NCBI RefSeq assembly: GCF_006345805.1
Contig: NC_042999.1
Span: forward strand, 48,732,001 to 48,796,000
Length of the DNA stretch: 64,000 nucleotides
DNA from: Octopus sinensis
Lineage: Eukaryota
Reading direction: 5' to 3'
Positions 13,301 through 26,134 of the stretch are shown here, one piece after another. The position numbers were made by a program, and so were the translations under genes. How positions within the stretch are numbered: the first letter of the stretch is position 1; each line of letters begins with the position of its first letter. The notes under the pieces were generated by a model. It made no database searches, had not been told where the DNA came from, and saw only the letters and a program-made list of their open reading frames with translations.

Positions 13301-14799
13301 CTGAAACTTTAAGAAATGTCAGAGCTACTACTCACTACAACTTGCCCTGCTTGTTACTAAAACCCCTGTACTTTAATAACAGCGTCTATTTTCATAATAG
13401 ATGAAAATATGCTTGTAATTTTACATTTAATTAGAAACGACTCGGGCAATCTTTCAAATTTATATAACGTAAATACCAATAATATGAATAATACTTAAAT
13501 AATGTTGTAATATGACGATTAAACATGTGACTAGTTGATGAAGAAAGGAGCACGTAAAAGATTTTCCAGAATTATTGCTTCTTGGTACAGTGGAAGTGTA
13601 AAAGTTTCTGCAGCAAATGTGCTTCAATCTTCTACATCATCCAGTAGATGATAAAAACGAAAGCGTGGGGTCTATATATAATACTTGTTCGGAAGGACAG
13701 TTGTTTGTCACAGACGTATTTCAAGCATAGAGAAACATTTTACAAAGTGCTCAATGGCTTTTAGTGTACAAGATAAGGAACAATTTAACAGAAATATCAA
13801 CGTCACCTTATTAGCATTGCTTGTTTGATGTATAACTCACTGTTCGGTGGATGCAAAACGGAGGAGGAATCAGGTGTATTAAAGAGAATATTTCCTTTTC
13901 AAAGAACACTACATTTGTATCGAATAGACATTCAAGAGCTTAAATTCAATAAGTATTTAGGTTTTTTTTTCTACATATATATTTTCAAATGGGATCGGAA
14001 AAGAGTTGGAAAGAGACGTCGTGCAAATGTGTATCATCTCATGAAGTGAACCCACAATGCTTCTTTCTTCCACCTTCTGTGATAAAGCTTTTTTTTAGTT
14101 TCTGTCTTTCTCAAACAGTATTTATGGTATAAAAATATCACAGTCGCCCTTTTCGTTTTCATTAAAATGAATAAATTTACTGTCTATAATATTTACTTTG
14201 CAATCGATATTTACAAATCATTTCTTCTTTCTTTCTCAGCTATTTTTAAAATATATTCATAGTCAAATATAATTACCATTTAAAAAAGCAACAACAACTT
14301 TTATGGCATGAATTGATAGAATCTCATATTAGCATAGCTTTTAGATGTGAATTTAATTTTCTCCAAATTCTACATTATCTTTCTTTCTTCCTAGGTCGAT
14401 AAGTAAGTATCAGTTAATTAATAGACTCTATTTCATATTTTGTTATTACATACAATTGTTAGAAATCTATACTATACAATACAATATTTTCTGTACAAAT
14501 GCGCAATAACAACTAAAACATATACTGTTGTTCTTAATGATGAGTGTTAGGTATTAATTTTATTTGTCCTCAATGTGTAGGGAAAAACAAAGCAACCATT
14601 ACCTATATCGAATTTTGTGTTTTGTTATAATCCTGTCAGTCTTTCACACATCTTTCTGTAATTTTCGCTTGTTATTTATTTTAAAAAAAATTTATTATTT
14701 TCTACAAAATATTAGCTACCATTCTGATAATAATTCTGACGTTATGCAGAATGACCGAAATTTGGAGGTATAGTTTGTGTACTAATTCGAAGCCAGTAC

Positions 14800-17700
14800 T
14801 TTCCTGACATCCTTTTTATTGATCTCAAGAACTGAAAAAATACGTTAGATGCCAATATTGTGTGAGAATGTAACGATAGGAAAGCATATATTGAAAAGTA
14901 ACATTAGCAGTCTTTTCTTAAATCGTCGCCCGTATTACAAAACGTACAATATCCAAAAACTGCATTTAAAAACCCCCAATGTCAATATTCCGTAAGATTA
15001 GGCAGGGAGAAAGTAATCCAGTTGAAGGAAGAAAACATGTTACAAGATCTGGGCTAAAATACGGAAAGCAAAATCAGAGTATAAATAAAAGGACCATTGT
15101 CGGCTCAGAAAATAATATAAGGAGAAATTTATGAAACACACCTATGTCATCAAATAGAAAATATGCAATCGATTTAAGGTGCCTATCGAAAGCATAGTGA
15201 TTGCCCAATTGAAGCAGATTTAAAGAATATAGATAAACACGACCAAAATATGACCTTCGTGGGTAAAGCAATACGTTTAGATGCTATGTGGAAACAGACA
15301 TAAAAAGCATGAAGATCAAAGATTTCGCTAAAAGATGAAGGGTGTGTTACATGAGCTCAGATAATCAGTGCGGTTAAAGTGAAAGTCATAGATATATTAT
15401 TTTCAGCAATGGGCAAATATCGTTGTTTTATGATAGATATCATGATCGTTTCAAACCAAAATATTACCACGTTGGATATTGTGAAACTACCAATTAGCAA
15501 CCTAACTTTCTCTTATACATAATCCCAATAACCTAATCATCCAGTGTTGAAATAATAGAATATGAAAATTATAGTAGGAGATCGAAGAGTGCTCACATCT
15601 AAAAACACACGTTTTAATTCCTAATAAATAGGAGATATAATACTGTTGGCATCTTCTTAAAATTACGTCAAATTTAAAGCTCTAAGACAAAGTGTTAGGA
15701 AAATAAAGCACAGTTCAAACAAAATAATTACTCGATGGTAAACTAATTTCCCAATGCAATTAGATAAGCAAATATTACTAGTAGGGAATATATCCATTGC
15801 AAAAGATGTGAATCTCTTTAGACCAAAATATGGGCAACATTAATCAAATTAATGAACGCATAGAAGAACACGAATATTAAATCATGCGTCACATGAAAAA
15901 CATGAAAATATTTTTGCTGGAAGTCAAAATTAAGATACATCAAGAGAAAGGTAATTTTAAATCAACTGGAAAAACACCTTACGCAAAAATATGAGTAAGG
16001 TCTTAATAAAATAATAGCGTATCACCCGTAATATGTGACTAATGGAAGAAACAATCTTCAACCAATCTCCAGAAAGGTTGATGATATAACTAGCACAAGC
16101 TAATATTTTTAACTCCCGGAACAATATTCTATGGACGTCAATTGAGATAGATAAAAACTTCAACGTATCTATACTTATTAAATAAAATATTTGTAGTACA
16201 GCATTTTACGGATCATATTGGCTTGGGACAAACAAAATAATGTTTTGTTTTTTTTAATCTACGAGAGGAAAAGAACATACCAGATACAGAGCAGGTCATT
16301 TCAAATCATTTATAATCGTTTGAGGATATGAGAATATAGAAATTACTTCAACCGATAAGTATTATGAAAAAATAGGAGAAATAGCAAAACAGATGTGGCA
16401 CAACATATCGAGGTTTGTCATAATTCATACACAACTGGAAGTTGACTTTAAATAGTTTTGCTGTTTAACTTAGGTCTGAACGAATTGGGCCATAAATTTT
16501 CCTGAACGCTTGTAAAATGTCTCTAGATGCCATAATATCGATTATATTGCCAAGTAATATGCCAAACGTGAAGGCCACATTCAAAAGGATCAGTTCGAAC
16601 AAGTTGTTAAACACTGGCAATAAAACTAGGTTAAAGTAATTGAGAAAAAAATTGTCGTATAGATACATGTGTTTTAGCAGCATGGGTGAGCAGTATCCCC
16701 ACGCCACAATGAAGATTCTGAAAGGAATATGTTTGAAGTCCGACAGACTCTCCACGGCAATAATTTCTTAAAGAAGACGCAACTAAAATTTGTATTTAAT
16801 GTAGAAAGAATCACAGGAATAATAAGTCGTCTACCTAATCATGTCTCAAAAACATCAAGTACAGTTCGTACTAAGAATGCATGAGGAACAGAATAGACAG
16901 GTACATCAGCAGGCGTTAAAAGTTTAGAGGAAGAGTAAAGAGAAAGGTCCAAACGTGATTTGGATAAAGAATCATTCTAGGCAAACTATGATTGCCACAA
17001 TGGCCAGCGCCACAGAGAGATCTAGGGATCACATCTGAAAGGGGGAACAGAACGAGTAATAAAATCACCTTAGAAATATTGTTTCGCAAATGCATATCAC
17101 CAGTGGTATTTTCTTAAGCAATGTATGAAGCTGGGAGAATGCAAGACATCAGACCTTTAGTAGCATATTAGCTGAAGCTCCGCACTTGTCATGATTTCAT
17201 AAGAAAATATCCGATGTCAGAGCAGAGTTAATATTTTCATTCACTGGGTCTTCCTTTTGATGAAATGTAAGGACATGAAGAGCCGAACCCAAAAGTAGAA
17301 CTGTTGCTTAAGTACCACCCAGCAATTATGAGAGAAAATCAGAATAGATATGTAACTGTAATGAAGTATGAGTTAAGAGGGAACAGATGAACTATATTTA
17401 TCAAGACTGTTTACTAAAAATTGAAATGGTTTTGGCCAAATTACTATAACATTGTGGAAAAAGAGGTTAACATCTCTTCAAATACAAAAGAACCAGGAAA
17501 TAGATTTGCGAGAATATTGGAAGTGCCCGTATGTATAGTCCTAGTCATTATATGTAGGTGTGAGTTATGGAGTATAAAACAGAAACGAAATATTGAAAAA
17601 TTGTTTGGAATATATCGAAGTTTAGAATAGTGCACATTTTATCGGTATTAATATTCAACAACAAATGTTATCTATGAAGTCAAGAAACATTAGGATAATA
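14800..17700 (+). pseudogene. Highly decayed RTE-like LINE ORF (APE-RT-C-terminus)
   Basis: Plus-strand motifs in order: 'KIIVGD', 'KKLSYRYMCFSS..YPHATMKILKGI', 'QFVLRMHEEQNRQ', 'IKTVY*KLKWFW...NISSNTK...ILEVPVCIVLVIICRCELWSIKQK' (cf. AKTAF.KL..IW...ISL.TK.RL...V..VLLYGCETW). Confidence 0.5.
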
Positions 17701-18284
17701 GCCGTATCTAATCTATTTTAGGTAGAAAGTTAGAAAGTAACGATAACATAGAGAACGGGTACTGTTATCACCGAAATATTAATATTAATGACTTACAACC
17801 AAAATGAAAAACTGATGGTGATGATGATGATGATGATGATAATGAATGGAGCAGCAAGAGGAGGGGCAGGAGGGTGAGGAGGAGAACTTGGAAATTAAAT
17901 GTTTAGAGGAGAAATACAATAAATTGCATTTACATATGCATTTTTTAATTACATTAAGACTATTAATAGTTTCATACATTATATGTAAATATCACCAAAT
18001 CTATTTTATCTTTCAATTCAGTATATGCGGGCAGCCTGCCTGAAATCATATGTAAGATATCCAACTGTACCTGATTTCAAATGCTTTTGTCCAGAAATGA
18101 AAAACGAGCAGATAACATTCGATCTGTTTTTCTGTAGCGAATATTTAAGACAAAAGGGAAAGCTACAAAACTGCTATCAGTTTACTGCATTTCGATATAA
18201 AAAGAAAGCCAAACTATTATCTATTTTTTTTCCCAAAATTATGTTCGCATGTGTCTATGAATGTGTGTACGAGTATGTATATAT

Positions 18285-18337
<53 letters not shown>

Positions 18338-18406
18338 GGGTGTGTGTGTGTGTGTGTGTGTGTGTGTACATATATCTATCTATATATATATATATATATA
18401 TGTATG

Positions 18407-18470
<64 letters not shown>

Positions 18471-18564
18471 GTGTATGTATATACACACACATACACATCG
18501 ATATAAATATATCGATCGATAGATAGACAGACAGACAGATAGATAGACCGATAGATAGATAGGC

Positions 18565-18597
<33 letters not shown>

Positions 18598-18925
18598 TCT
18601 TTCGGGCACACATACATACATCATTCGATATTTGAATGCATCGACCAAGTAAGGTAATTTGCTTAAATATATTTTTTATGCTAAAGTTAAAACATCGTCC
18701 ACTTATTTTCAGTCAATTTCAGAAAGGTTTTTGTGCAAACTGATATTGCATCATTCATCACTTTTGGTATTTTACTATCAAATGTACAAACAATATGCAA
18801 CTGCAAGCACAAGATAAATGCAGTCATGTGTACGCGTGTATGTATACATACATATATACATACATATAGATATACAGAGAAATGTATATACGTGTGTGTG
18901 TATGTTTATATATATATATATATAT

Positions 18926-19112
18926 AGGCGCAGGAGTGGCTGTGTGGTAAGTAGCTTGCTAACCAACCACACTGTTTCGGGTTCACTCCCACCGCGTGGC
19001 ATCTTGGGCAAGTGTCTTCTGCTATAGCCTCGGGCCGACCAAAGCCTTGTGAGTGGATTTGTTAGACAGAAACTGAAAGAAGCCTGTCGTATATATGTAT
19101 ATATATATATAC

Positions 19113-19159
<47 letters not shown>

Positions 19160-19380
19160 ATATTATATATAATGTATATGTTTGTGTGTCTGTATTTGTC
19201 CCTCTAGCATTGCTTGACAACCAGCGGTGATGTGTTTACGTCCCCGTCACTTAGCGGTAGAATAAATACTGGGCTTACAAAGAATAAGTCCCGGTGTCGA
19301 TTTGCTCGACCAAAAGCGTTGCTCCAGCATGGCCGCAGTGAAATGACTGAAACAAGTAAAAGTGTAAAGAGTAAGAGTAT
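18926..19380 (+). mobile_element. tRNA-derived SINE (family B) with internal (TA)n/(TG)n
   Basis: 'aggcgcaggagtggctgtgtggtaagtagcttgct...gggttcactccc...gggccgaccaaagccttgtgagtggat...ccagcatggccgcagt.aaatgactgaaacaagtaaaag'. Several sister copies in the window. Confidence 0.85.
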
Positions 19381-19389
19381 ATATATATG

Positions 19390-19430
<41 letters not shown>

Positions 19431-19436
19431 ACTTAT

Positions 19437-19900
19437 AAATAAGTATCTGGACTGTTGTCAAGCATATAAAGTGAAGATGCTTGGCGCAGACTGATCTTGA
19501 ACTCTGCTGTGTATGCACACTAACTATGAACGTTCTACCTCACTTCCGCTATTTACTGCGGTGCCTTGAAGGAACGTGTATAGCATGTGATCGTCGCATT
19601 AACCTTGACAGAAGTTGAACGGAGAATCTGCATGAAAGTTTGTCAAGGTCTAGGCAAAGTTGTCAAAAATTGTTCATTGTTTCCGAGTTAAACAAGATAT
19701 TGTGCAACCGAAACCCTTGTCTCATTTCGGTCAGGTGAAAGCAGTTTTGACTCAAACTCGGCAGACACGAGTCTCATACACATATCATCAGTGATAATGG
19801 ACTGAACTGAAGTGTCACTAATCTGCACATCTTCTGTTAACCCACACGTGGTGATTCGACGATTTACCATCACAGCTACACGCACATCTGTTTCAATTTG
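19437..19900. mobile_element. Rearranged mariner fossil (N-terminus on +, HTH region on -)
   Basis: Plus 19600-19665 encodes 'VERRICMKVCQGLGK' (mariner EQRICIKFC..LGK). Minus 19688-19885 encodes 'RVAVMVNRRITTCGLTEDVQISDTSVQSIITDDMCMRLVSAEFESKLLSPDRNETRVSVAQ'. Confidence 0.7.
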
Positions 19901-19904
19901 GTTA

Positions 19905-20527
19905 GCAAGCCCTTTAACAAAGATTAAACACTTTGAACATGTCCGGTGTTAGCTAATTCATTATGAATTTCTCATACTCTGTGTTAACCACTCCGGCAGG
20001 TGCGACGAAATCTTCATCATCTTTACTCACCAAATTTGAATATTGCCAGCGACTATTGAACAGGAAACTTCTTTCACTGAAAATTTTTGGTAAAATATTA
20101 ATCGTTTCATCGAAACAAATCTCACTTGGATTCTTCGGCAGAATATAATGACTATATTTTTCGTGTTCGGCAGGGGATAACTTCCTTAAAAGGGATCGTA
20201 CTTTTTTCTCGTGGGACAAACAATTACACTCTTCATTGAAGATTTTTTCGTATCTTTGAAAAGATGCAGAGGAGGTAATCTCTTCTGGATTAAAGCTGAA
20301 TTCTTGAATTGAATTTGCTACCCTTTCTAGCGGTTACAAACCTGAAGTATTTTCAGACTTCTTCAACATTAATTCCAGCAATTGTTTGTTGTTGGTTTTG
20401 TCGTTGTTGTTGCTGTTGTAGATAATGCTGCTGCTGCTGCTGTAATTGCTGTCGCTGCTGCTGTTGTAGTTCCTGTTTTATTTTGCTGCTGTAGCAACTG
20501 CACCAGAGAGGCCAATATTTTCGACAT
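19905..20527 (-). pseudogene. Ty3/Gypsy-type gag fragment with polyQ N-terminus
   Basis: 'MSKILASLVQLLQQQ...ERVANSIQEFSFNPEE...HEKKVRSLLRKLSPAEHEKYSHYILPKNPSEICFDETINILPKIFSERSFLFNSRWQYSNL..DDEDF...VNTEYEKF...LTPDMFK'. Frameshifts; truncated at the mariner fossil. Confidence 0.8.
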
Positions 20528-20625
20528 GTTAAATAATTTTCCTTTTAAAATGATTTAACATGTCGAAAAAGAGACTTTAAACTTGCGAAAAAAAACTTTA
20601 AGCGTCCAGAGCAAGTTTCGAACAA

Positions 20626-20787
20626 CCTGCCGCCACGTTTATATCTATGTAAGTCTGCGGGAGGCAAGTATATTCACAACGCAATACTATTACTATTACA
20701 CAAGTCTCAACTCTCTATATCAACGGCTCACAGCGATCTACTTACCAACCCAACTGCAAATCGCCTACAGTTCTTCACTTTATAACA
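20626..20787 (-). mobile_element. Putative 5' LTR (~150 bp, 20636-20787) and PBS (TGGCGGCAGG, 20626-20635) of the Gypsy element
   Basis: Minus strand starts TGTTATA... and ends ...TATAAACG, immediately followed by TGGCGGCAGG, about 100 bp upstream of the gag ATG. The expected terminal CA is mutated, and no second LTR is seen. Confidence 0.55.
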
Positions 20788-21099
20788 ATGTGATACCCCA
20801 CCTTTAGTCCCCTGAGGGGTGGTCGGAATCCTTCCACAACAGATTTGAATTCATAGTATCTTCTCCTAGCTAGATTGCCTTCACAACAGCTTTATCGAAC
20901 ACAGAAACTGCATCTACCCATTTTATATTTATTCAAACACTCACATACACAGACACATATACAAATATAAGAAATAAGTTTTTTTAAATATCGATAAAAT
21001 ATTTATCTTAGAAAGTAAGCACAGTTTTCACAAATCTATATATGAACAATATCAAGTGGATATAAAGGGAATTATTTTACATATATATATATATAATAT

Positions 21100-21380
21100 A
21101 TATATATATTATATATTATATATATAATATATATAAAACTTTTTTTTAAGAAGAATATTCTATCGGCCGGCTTCCCTCGTTTTCAGCTCTTCGTGTTTTT
21201 CTGTAGCGAGTAATTAATATGTGGAAATTGACGATTTAAAAGTCTGTTATCAGCACATTGGTATAGAAATAATTTTCTTTAGCCCTTTTTATAAGTTGTT
21301 TATAATTTTAAACTTAAATGTATTTTAATATGCTGCCACATTTTTGATGGAATTTTTTTTCTGTAAAAAATGTTCATCGT
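21100..21380 (+). repeat. Decayed relative of the 22.5-kb hammerhead element's 3' region
   Basis: 'ttttctttagccctttttataagttgtttataattttaaacttaaatgtattttaatatgctgcc' resembles 22660-22730. No intact hammerhead core. Confidence 0.5.
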
Positions 21381-21387
21381 ATATTAG

Positions 21388-21429
<42 letters not shown>

Positions 21430-21432
21430 ATA

Positions 21433-21531
<99 letters not shown>

Positions 21532-21949
21532 TATATATATATATTAAATTATATAATATATATGTATATGCATAAATATAACAATAAATAAAGAAACATA
21601 ATAGAAATAAAAATAAGACTATGAAGAAGAATAGAAATGTAGAAATATAAAAGCGGAGGTACTTTTTGAAATGGAAAGGAACTGAACATCTTGCTCGTAT
21701 ATAGGTGGCCGAAGCTTAAACACGCACAACCAAACAATGAATGTCCACATTGATACTGACTTAAATGGCAAAAATGGCTCTGGATCATTTTGTTCTATGG
21801 TCTGGCCAGGCGTAGGTGTCCCAGGGTATCGGAGCCTAGCTCTGCTCGTCATTCTTCAGCTGTGTGTAAATTCAGGTTAAGGTGCAAGCCTAAGAAAATA
21901 TGATGTTGGAATATTTGAACCTTATTAAACAATAGTTTGTTGTAATCAC

Positions 21950-22400
21950 GTCCGGAGAGAAGATCTGCACTTGTTGCTAATGAGTCAAAATGGCATGATA
22001 TACATGTAGCGTTAGCCGACACCAGAATTCACGGAAAATGGCATTTTGTAGAGAATTCTACCTGGTATAATTTATTTTGGAGCGTTCGAGATGAGACCTT
22101 TAAGAGAGAATCAGGAGTCAGATTTGCAATGAAATCTACACAGATTCCGAAACTCAAAGAGCTGCCATATAGTCTGACCGCTTGATGTCTTTAAGAGTTC
22201 AATTAAGAAAGGTTCGTCAGTGAATACGTTCGAAGACAATAAACTTGCCTTCTCTTTGTCAGAGATTTCCGCACTATCAATCCTGATGACAACGTCATCG
22301 TTCTAGGCAACTTTAATGTTTGCGTTGGTGCAGATTGGGAGATTTGATGTGTTTTAGGAAAGCATGGGTTTGGAAAATCCAAAAGTAACGGAGGATTTTC
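21950..22400 (+). pseudogene. Decayed RTE-type LINE AP-endonuclease fragment
   Basis: 'ERRSALVANESKWHDIHVALADTR...RESGVRFAMKS...DRLMSLRVQLRK...NVIVLGNFNVCVGADW...LGKHGFGKSKSNG'. Confidence 0.8.
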
Positions 22401-22496
22401 TATTTTTGATATATTTGGGGTACTTAGGTCTGCTCAGGACTTAGTGCTTACTTTTTCCATGGGTATGAGTAAGTATTTCATTTATGTCTTACGTAT

Positions 22497-22557
22497 TTAT
22501 CGCTGACGAGGGGAAAATTCTTATGAATTAACCCCGAAATTGGGACCAATACGGTAA
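22497..22557 (+). ncRNA. Type I hammerhead ribozyme, fully canonical
   Basis: ttatcg-CTGACGA-gggg-aa-aattc-ttat-gaatt-aa-cccc-GAAA-ttgg-ga-ccaa-TA-cggtaa. Helix I is 6 bp (one G-U), G10.1-C11.1, helix III has a 2-nt loop; predicted cleavage after 22551. Confidence 0.92.
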
Positions 22558-23455
22558 TAACGAAATCTTTTAGAATTTTTTTTCGGATTGTTTCGAGACG
22601 CATAAATTATAATGGTTATAGAGAATTTTGTCTTTTTTCGGCATGTTTGGCATTAGAATTTTTCTTTCGCCCTTATTTTATAAGTATTTATAAATTTAAC
22701 CTTTAAAGGTATTTTTTGATATGCTGGCCATTGATAAAATTTCTTTTCGAAAAAAAAACAAAATTTATCCTACATTAGTTATATATAAATATATATATAT
22801 ATGGTGTGTGTGTGTGGGTGTGCGCTAAATATATTATATATAGATATTGATATACATATATATATATATACATATATATTATATTATATATTATATATCT
22901 ATATTATATACATATTTATATATCCCTAAGTACCTATGTTTAAGTATATATCTCTTGACATCTGAACCTCTCAATCACACTAAAGGTGTCAACGTTAGAT
23001 GAAAATAAAACGAGAAAACAATGGCTAATGAATAGGAAATATTATTTTGTGCTTTCAACAGAGATATATTTTGAATGATTTGCCTTTGGTATTGTAGGAT
23101 TAAATTCAACAATAACACTATATTTACGGCACGTGTTTAATCAAGCTTAGTTAAGATAAAACAATTTATCAATTCATAGCCAATAACAAATCATCGATAT
23201 TTCAAATCCGCAATAACAGTGTAAAATAGTTTTCATGCCTCACTTCACCTTATGATACTAACAATCTAAATGTGATGAAATGGAAGCTTTTAACAACTGA
23301 CCCCTACACGTTTTTTTATTATCTCTTGAATTCAATTTAAAGTGTAATTAAATAAAAAACAAGATACATGAATACAAAACACAAATTCATACTCTCACAC
23401 ACAAGACATAATTACAGAAACCTGTGTATATATATATATATATATAATATATATA

Positions 23456-23501
<46 letters not shown>

Positions 23502-23539
23502 GCTTACAATCATCTAGACACAGTGATAAATAAGTAATG

Positions 23540-23571
<32 letters not shown>

Positions 23572-23977
23572 TATGTATATACATTAACGCCACGACATAG
23601 GAGTTAATTTGTTCCCGAATACCGCTCATAAAGCCAAACCTCGCAAAGCAGAGCGATAATTTTCCATAGTAGTAATCTTATAAATCATAATTTGTTTCCA
23701 GAAAAATATTTTAACAATAAATTTATAAAATTCATAAATAAAAAGTAATATAATTCAATAGAATATAAAGAATACCACATGTCAATTAATGTCAAGATCA
23801 TTTATAATTTAAGAAAAATTATTATTATAATCGTTTTCTGAATCACTTTCACTCGCGCTAGACTCACGCACATCACCACTTGTAGACGCGATCGCCGATT
23901 CACAAGCACTTCTAGACGGTCTTCTAGATTTCTTTTTAAAAACAAGTCTATATTTTTCTGCTTAGAACATGGGTCAC

Positions 23978-24230
23978 TAAACTATGTCCCTTCAACCAGA
24001 TCCGGCCCGCCAGGTCAGTTCATCCGGCTCGCCGCTACAATACCTGTGGCATGGTATTAGTGTCTAAAAAACATATGTCCATGTGCAAACATTTTCATAA
24101 CTGAAATATGTGAAGTCAGCACATCAAATGAGGTTAACTGATGAACATGTGAAAGCAATTCTCTTGGTTCGATGCAGGAACCAAGAGCAAATTTTGATGA
24201 TATCTTAGAAGCTGAACGACATTTTCTCAA
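23978..24230 (+). mobile_element. hAT (Charlie/SPIN-like) non-autonomous fragment
   Basis: Terminal-type sequence 'catgggtcactaaactatg...ccagatccggcccgcc' and peptide 'RLTDEHVKAILL' resembling the hAT C-terminal RSRLTDEHL motif. Confidence 0.55.
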
Positions 24231-24328
24231 TTCTCACTAGGTTTGCTGCTTAATTTGTGAGATTCGGTTATGCGAGCACTGAGTGTGAATATATATATAT
24301 ATATACTATATATATATATATATATATA

Positions 24329-24384
<56 letters not shown>

Positions 24385-24415
24385 TCACTATATATATAGA
24401 GAGAGAAAGAGACAG

Positions 24416-24462
<47 letters not shown>

Positions 24463-24643
24463 ATAATAGATAGATAGATACATACATACATACATACCTA
24501 CATACTACATACATACATAGATAGTTAGACAGAAAGAGAGATATAGCCTCAGGCCGTCCATTGCATTGTGACTGCATTTCGTACAAGGAAACTTAAAGAA
24601 GACTTTCAGATATATGTATATATTGGTGTGTGTGTGTGTGTGA

Positions 24644-24711
<68 letters not shown>

Positions 24712-24958
24712 CTGTGGTGTGTGTGGTTGTACACCCTCCATTACTTGACAGCTGATGTTGCTGCCTTTAAGTTAACGTAGCTTAGCGTTTCGGCAAAAGT
24801 TACTGATAGAAGTAACAGGCTTACAAATGAAAAATCCTGTCGAATTTCTTCGACCAACTGCAGTACTCCAGCTGGCCGCAGTCACATAACTAAAACAAGA
24901 ATAACAATAAAAACAACTATGCCATTTTATTTCGAGCAAGAACGGGTATCTCTGCTAG

Positions 24959-25003
<45 letters not shown>

Positions 25004-25124
25004 ATAGAGGGCATTATACACATAAATGCCTCACACTAGGAGGGACAAAGTCATTACTACCAAAATTATACTAATCATACCCAAATGCAGTTTTTCAAAG
25101 CAAGACATTTAAAAAATGAATTTA

Positions 25125-25180
25125 GTTCTGTATCACCGTGATTTCACATTCAACTTACGTCTAATGATCGTCAGCAGAAC
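25125..25180 (-). ncRNA. Type I hammerhead ribozyme, array unit 1
   Basis: Minus strand: gttctg-CTGACGA-tcatt-agac-gtaa-gttg-aatgt-GAAA-tcac-g-gtga-TA-cagaac. Helix I is 6 bp, helix III is palindromic, and positions 10.1/11.1 are U/U. Confidence 0.85.
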
Positions 25181-25601
25181 TGATTCTGAACACATCATAA
25201 ATAAACTACCAACCTTACGTAGCGAAGACGAACAGACAACTGCTCACTCCGGCCAAGCACATGGAATGTTTATAAATCATATATCCGGTAAATGGCGGGC
25301 TTTTTACGAACTGCATGTCGGGTAATGAAAAGTATTTCGGAATAAGTTTAACAATTAAGGATAATCTCTTAATAAGGGATCTAACAAGAAATTATCGGGT
25401 AGCTAGCGTGAAAACCTCATAAAAGAAAAGAATTCGAAAATAATTTTTTTCTTTTGAACAAATTAATTATATCTATATTGTATAGAGGGCATTATTACAC
25501 ATAAATGCCTCACACTAGAGGGACAAAGTCATTACTACCAAAATATACTAATCATACCCAAATGCAGTTTTTCAAAGCAAGACATTTAAAAAATGAATTT
25601 A

Positions 25602-25657
25602 GTTCTGTATCACCGTGATTTCACATTCAACTTACGTCTAATGATCGTCAGCAGAAC
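25602..25657 (-). ncRNA. Type I hammerhead ribozyme, array unit 2
   Basis: Identical to unit 1, 477 bp downstream. Confidence 0.85.
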
Positions 25658-26079
25658 TGATTCTGAACACATCATAAATAAACTACCAACCTTACGTAGC
25701 GAAGACGAACAGACAACTGCTCACTCCGCCAAGCACATGGAATGTTTATAAATCATATATCCGGTAAATGGCGGGGCTTTTACGAACTGCATGTCGGGTA
25801 ATGAAAAGTATTTCGGAATAAGTTTACACAATTAGGGATAATTCTTAATAAGGGATCTTAACAAGAAATTATCGGGTAGCTAGCGTGAAAACCTCATAAA
25901 AGAAAAGAATTCGAAAATAATTTTTTTCTTTTGAACAAATTAATTATATCTATATTGTATAGAGGGCATTATTACACATAAATGCCTCACACTAGGAGGG
26001 ACAAAGTCATTACTACCAAAATTATACTAATCATACCCAATGCAGTTTTTCAAAGCAAGACATTTAAAAAATGAATTTA

Positions 26080-26134
26080 GTTCTGATCACCGTGATTTCA
26101 CATTCAACTTACGTCTAATGATCGTCAGCAGAAC
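26080..26134 (-). ncRNA. Hammerhead ribozyme, array unit 3 (cleavage-site nucleotide missing)
   Basis: Plus strand reads 'gttctg atcacc' instead of 'gttctg tatcacc', so H17 is deleted. This could be a real mutation or a consensus error. Confidence 0.7.

Noticed and set aside
17400-17630. Initially read as a Gypsy integrase zinc-finger (W.WP.Y)
   Set aside because: The downstream 'ICRCELWSIK' and 'NISSNTK' fit the RTE LINE C-terminal pattern better, and no DDE core follows.
24128-24160. CTGATGA-acatgt-GAAA hammerhead-like match
   Set aside because: Helix III does not pair, and the sequence is the hAT coding remnant RLTDEHVKA, so it is a chance match.
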